The position numbers and the translations under genes are program-made. DNA of 62,245 nucleotides, the filler included, from Sphacelaria rigidula (Eukaryota): assembly GCA_964200075.2 (NCBI GenBank). It is 9 parts of 9 records of this genome, joined end to end, with 100 filler letters (N's around TTAATTAATTAA, not from the genome) between each part and the next. Parts side by side here need not be neighbours in the genome. Positions count along the whole stretch, not along the records: positions 55,419 to 62,245 come from CAXNAA020017885.1; 8 more parts are not named here. One strand, 5' to 3'. This document shows, piece by piece, positions 58,924 to 62,245 of this stretch. The notes beneath the pieces were generated by a model. That model worked only from the letters and a program-made list of their open reading frames with translations. It had not been told where the DNA came from and did not search any database. Every line of letters begins with the position of its first letter. Within the stretch, counting starts at the first letter, position 1.

Positions 58924-60886
58924 TGATCCCCAAGAAAAGATCCATCCCCAATTTGTAAGATGCCGTGTTCAATCGTGGCAAATTCAGTCGGATGTTCTGC
59001 GTTGTTCCCATCACAACTGTAATTCCTGCAACAGGCAGACGATCGATTCACACCCTCGCCGCCTTCAACTATTGGGCACGAGATGCCGCAAAACGACCCA
59101 AGATCTGCCCCCAGCGGATTATGCGACAATCAACAGCTTCAGCATGAATCAACTCGCTAAATGTCATGAGCAGGGGGTTGTGGACAAACCATTTCACAGA
59201 GCTTGTCATGGATGTATTGTTTTCATGGAAATGTCATCCTACGATAGGGGGTGGGTATTTGATTGCACGAGACATGGCGCACACATCCTGACTCTGTGCG
59301 CTGTTGACTGCACGGTGAAAACCGGTCGGCGATTCCCCGGTGTCCGGATCTATATTGATGCCCAGCATCCACATGAGGATAAAGGAGGCGTTTTGTGTAG
59401 CGACGGAAAAACCTTTTCTGAACCCCAAATGTGGCATATTCCAACTCAGTCCAGTTGAGGGGCGGTCGCTGTGTAGGGGTGAACAAAATCGACCCAACTA
59501 GTCGAGGAGATGGGCACTTTTTCCCTTGATCAGACGCTTGATATACGGTACGCGGATCATGCCCCACTAGAGGCGGCCAAGCTCGTATCGTGCTTGTGTT
59601 GGAGAGCTATCGGATGTGTTGCTCCAGAGGGCCGCCTTGTGTCCAAAACGGGTTGAGAAAATAACTGCACACAATGTATTTGCGCGTTCCCGTATGAGCA
59701 AGGTCTTATCTTGTCAGGCAGGCATCGTTGTCCTCCTTCCAGGCGTGTGGGAGATAATCAGTATGCTCGGGGCCGAATAATCCTATGATGCGGATCACCC
59801 TTCATACGACTCGCAGAACATATCACGGCGGTGATGCGGTTTGTGATATATTTCGAGCCTTGTCCGGCGAAAATCCGGGGTGCGCCGTCCCGGCTGTGAA
59901 GGGATGCGAGGTCAACGGTCACGATCACGAATACACACCGCTTCTTTGGCTACGCTCCCTTGAAGGGTTGGCGTTCGTTGGAAACGACACTGTGATACAC
60001 GCCACTCGCTGCAAAAGCTGGGCAACCAGCTCACCACTTCCCGCCTTCCCCCCCCGCTGTTATTAGGAGTAGGAACGGTGCTCCGTCTCGAAAGAGATTC
60101 GTGGTCAACGGTCAAACGACTAGGGCCGGCAACAAATGAGTATGCCCCCCCCCCCGCAAACATCGAATACTCCATTGGATTTGTTTCCACCAAATTCCCC
60201 CGGGCTCGGCCCCGAGCGCTGAGGCCGGATTGGATCGGCTGACGGCAGTGGGCCGAGGAAGGACACAGCTAATATGGAGAATCAGTGTTATGTACGGTCA
60301 AACTGCTCCGTACCATGTCCCTGCTGGAGCTGGGTGACTCCTGCTGTCAAAGTACCCCTGCACGCGCAAGGTGTATGGTGGTAAACATACGTGATACAGT
60401 CGATACTCTCCCCCGGTCGTACGCCCGAACTACCGTGACCGGGTTCAGGCCAGCAAAAACGGCGACCCCTGGAAGCGCATGACTCCGGCTTGTGCGCAGA
60501 GTAGCGTTTACCGCCTGACTGCTCTGCACCACAGAGATGGGGAATTGATTGCCCATCGCGCTGGCATTACTTCCTGCATTATACGTTCGTTTGCCCCCGT
60601 GACATTGCTGTTACATGGCTATGATACCGAAACACACCCTGCCTCAACTTGCGGGGGCCGCCAATCCAAGTGCTCCTCGCTGCCGCCGAAAACGTTGTCA
60701 CCGTAGCTCTGAGAGCAGACAGCGCCGTGCGTGCAAGCATAAATGTCGACTTGATGGAGATCAGCGTGCGTGGGGCCTGCTCAACTCCGCGCACGGACGA
60801 AGAGGCAAGGCCCGGCGTAGATAGAAAAGTGCGTGGAAACAGAGAGTAGCCTACATATGCCGGATCAAACGCCAACAGGAACAGAC

Positions 60887-62245
60887 ATGGCGGAAGGAAG
60901 AAAGAGGAGAAGGGGACGACTAGCTCGGGGAGCAGCCGAGGCTCAGGCTCACGTCAATCTTACTATCGCAAGGGCGGAGTCTCGATCGAAAGAGCTGGTA
61001 GTGGCGACTTGGAATGTACGCACCACGGCTGAAAGAGGTTTCAATGGCACGGGCCATGCAGACGACCTGCTGCTTTGTACATCTAAGTACAACGGTGACC
61101 TCGTCACTCTGCAAAGAAACCAGTCGCGATGGTCGAACAACATTCCATGCACCAGCAGCAGGCTATATCGTTTACTGCCGCCACCGCTGCCATGGAGACA
61201 GAGATAAACAGGGGGTGCTCGCAGTCGGCCTTGCCATCAAGGACTCTATCGCCAGCACATTGGACCCAGAAGACACCACCCCTATAGTCACGAGTGCCGG
61301 GATCCCCGAGATACAATTAGCTTCCAGGTATCGAGCTGTAGCAATCTGCATCCTAGGCTATCCCCCTATTCGAAACAGTTCAAGGTTATCAAAGAAACAA
61401 GCTCTGTGAAGCCCCCAGTAGTTACATCGCAGGAGTGCCTGCCAACGAGCATTTGTTGGTAATGGCTGATGCCAATGCTCAAACCGAAAAGAGAGAACGA
61501 GGAGGCATGGATGACGTTCGGGTATTTAGGAAAGTATGGCAGAGATACCAGGAATGATTATGGTAGACGTCGTTGAAAATGTGCTGCGGACTATTCAATG
61601 GACATCACCAACACATTTTTGCACACCATCTTGTGGGGAAAGCTCGACTGTATACACGTATGCGGCCGGTCAAACACCGCTGGCGCCTGGACAACTTCCT
61701 AGTACCGCAGCAAAATGGCAGGCTCATCCGAGGTGTCACCATGCACCCCGGGATGAATTCGGACCATCGTCTGGTCTCAGGCGTCATCCGTCTCCTCGGA
61801 CGGAACGCCCCCGACCGCCAACCGAAACCGCGAGGCGGGGATAGGGAACTGCGGTTTGACCGCAAAGCCATCACGTCTGACCGACGCTGGGGAGCGACTG
61901 TCTCACAGGTCATTGTCGCCAAGCTCCCGAATAACACCAATTGCCCCGCAGTAATGGACATCAACCGCAGGACATCAACCTTCGCCAGCGCCCAGCGACA
62001 GACGACCGCGGAGACACTCCCTCGATGCCCCAAGAAAACCCGAAGTAGAGGTTTCGGTGAGTTTACTCAAGCTTATGATCACTCCTAAAAGGCGTGGGAT
62101 CTCAGGCAAATAACATGGAAGAAATTGTGAGCAAACCCCAAGCCACTGTCGCGAAGAAGGCGCTGGAGGTGATGGACAAGGCGTTCGAACGGGTGAAGGA
62201 TGCTGAGTTGCAAAACTTCGTTCACGAGGTCACAGTCTGGACCGC
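60887..62245 (+). mobile_element. Degenerate non-LTR retrotransposon (RTE-like), apurinic-endonuclease region, cut by the window end
   Basis: ELVVATWNVRT, DLVTLQ/ET, AVGLAIK, LLVMADANAQT, YGRDTRNDYG, WRLDNFLV and NSDHRLV occur in the expected order across shifted frames. Confidence 0.9.

Noticed and set aside
1-62245. Apparent clustering of histones, SWI3, EsV-1-7 and FNIP genes as one system
   Set aside because: They lie on different contigs joined by artificial spacers, so adjacency reflects contig size sorting.

Overview
This is not one continuous locus. It is nine contigs of 6827-6828 bp joined by identical 100-nt artificial spacers (44 N + TTAATTAATTAA + 44 N), so neighbourhood across spacers carries no information. 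The DNA is eukaryotic, intron-containing and repeat-rich, most likely from a brown alga (Phaeophyceae); this is inferred from EsV-1-7 and FNIP repeat proteins, the histone sequences and an ASAFAP-like plastid-targeting motif. Genes supported: a divergent intronless H2A/H2B pair, a large internal exon of a SWI3/SMARCC-like subunit, two exons of an FMN-binding glutamate-synthase-family gene joined by a GC-AG intron, and a 5'-truncated EsV-1-7 repeat protein. Damaged genes: an FNIP-repeat pseudogene and a frameshifted kinase first exon. The rest is mostly mobile DNA: many MITE/fold-back families (hAT-, PIF/Harbinger-, piggyBac-, Kolobok- and Ginger-like by termini and target duplications), a TRIM-like repeat, a tRNA-derived SINE, RTE-like LINE pieces, and chromovirus, pogo and MULE remnants. 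Best leads: (1) near-identical EsV-1-7 Cys/His modules with hypervariable positions, resembling a modular recognition code; (2) a shared variant histone 3' stem-loop with a downstream purine tract behind both histone genes; (3) a 2.75-kb inverted duplication of a MULE 5' end, resembling Mu killer. All calls were made by eye, with no database searches.
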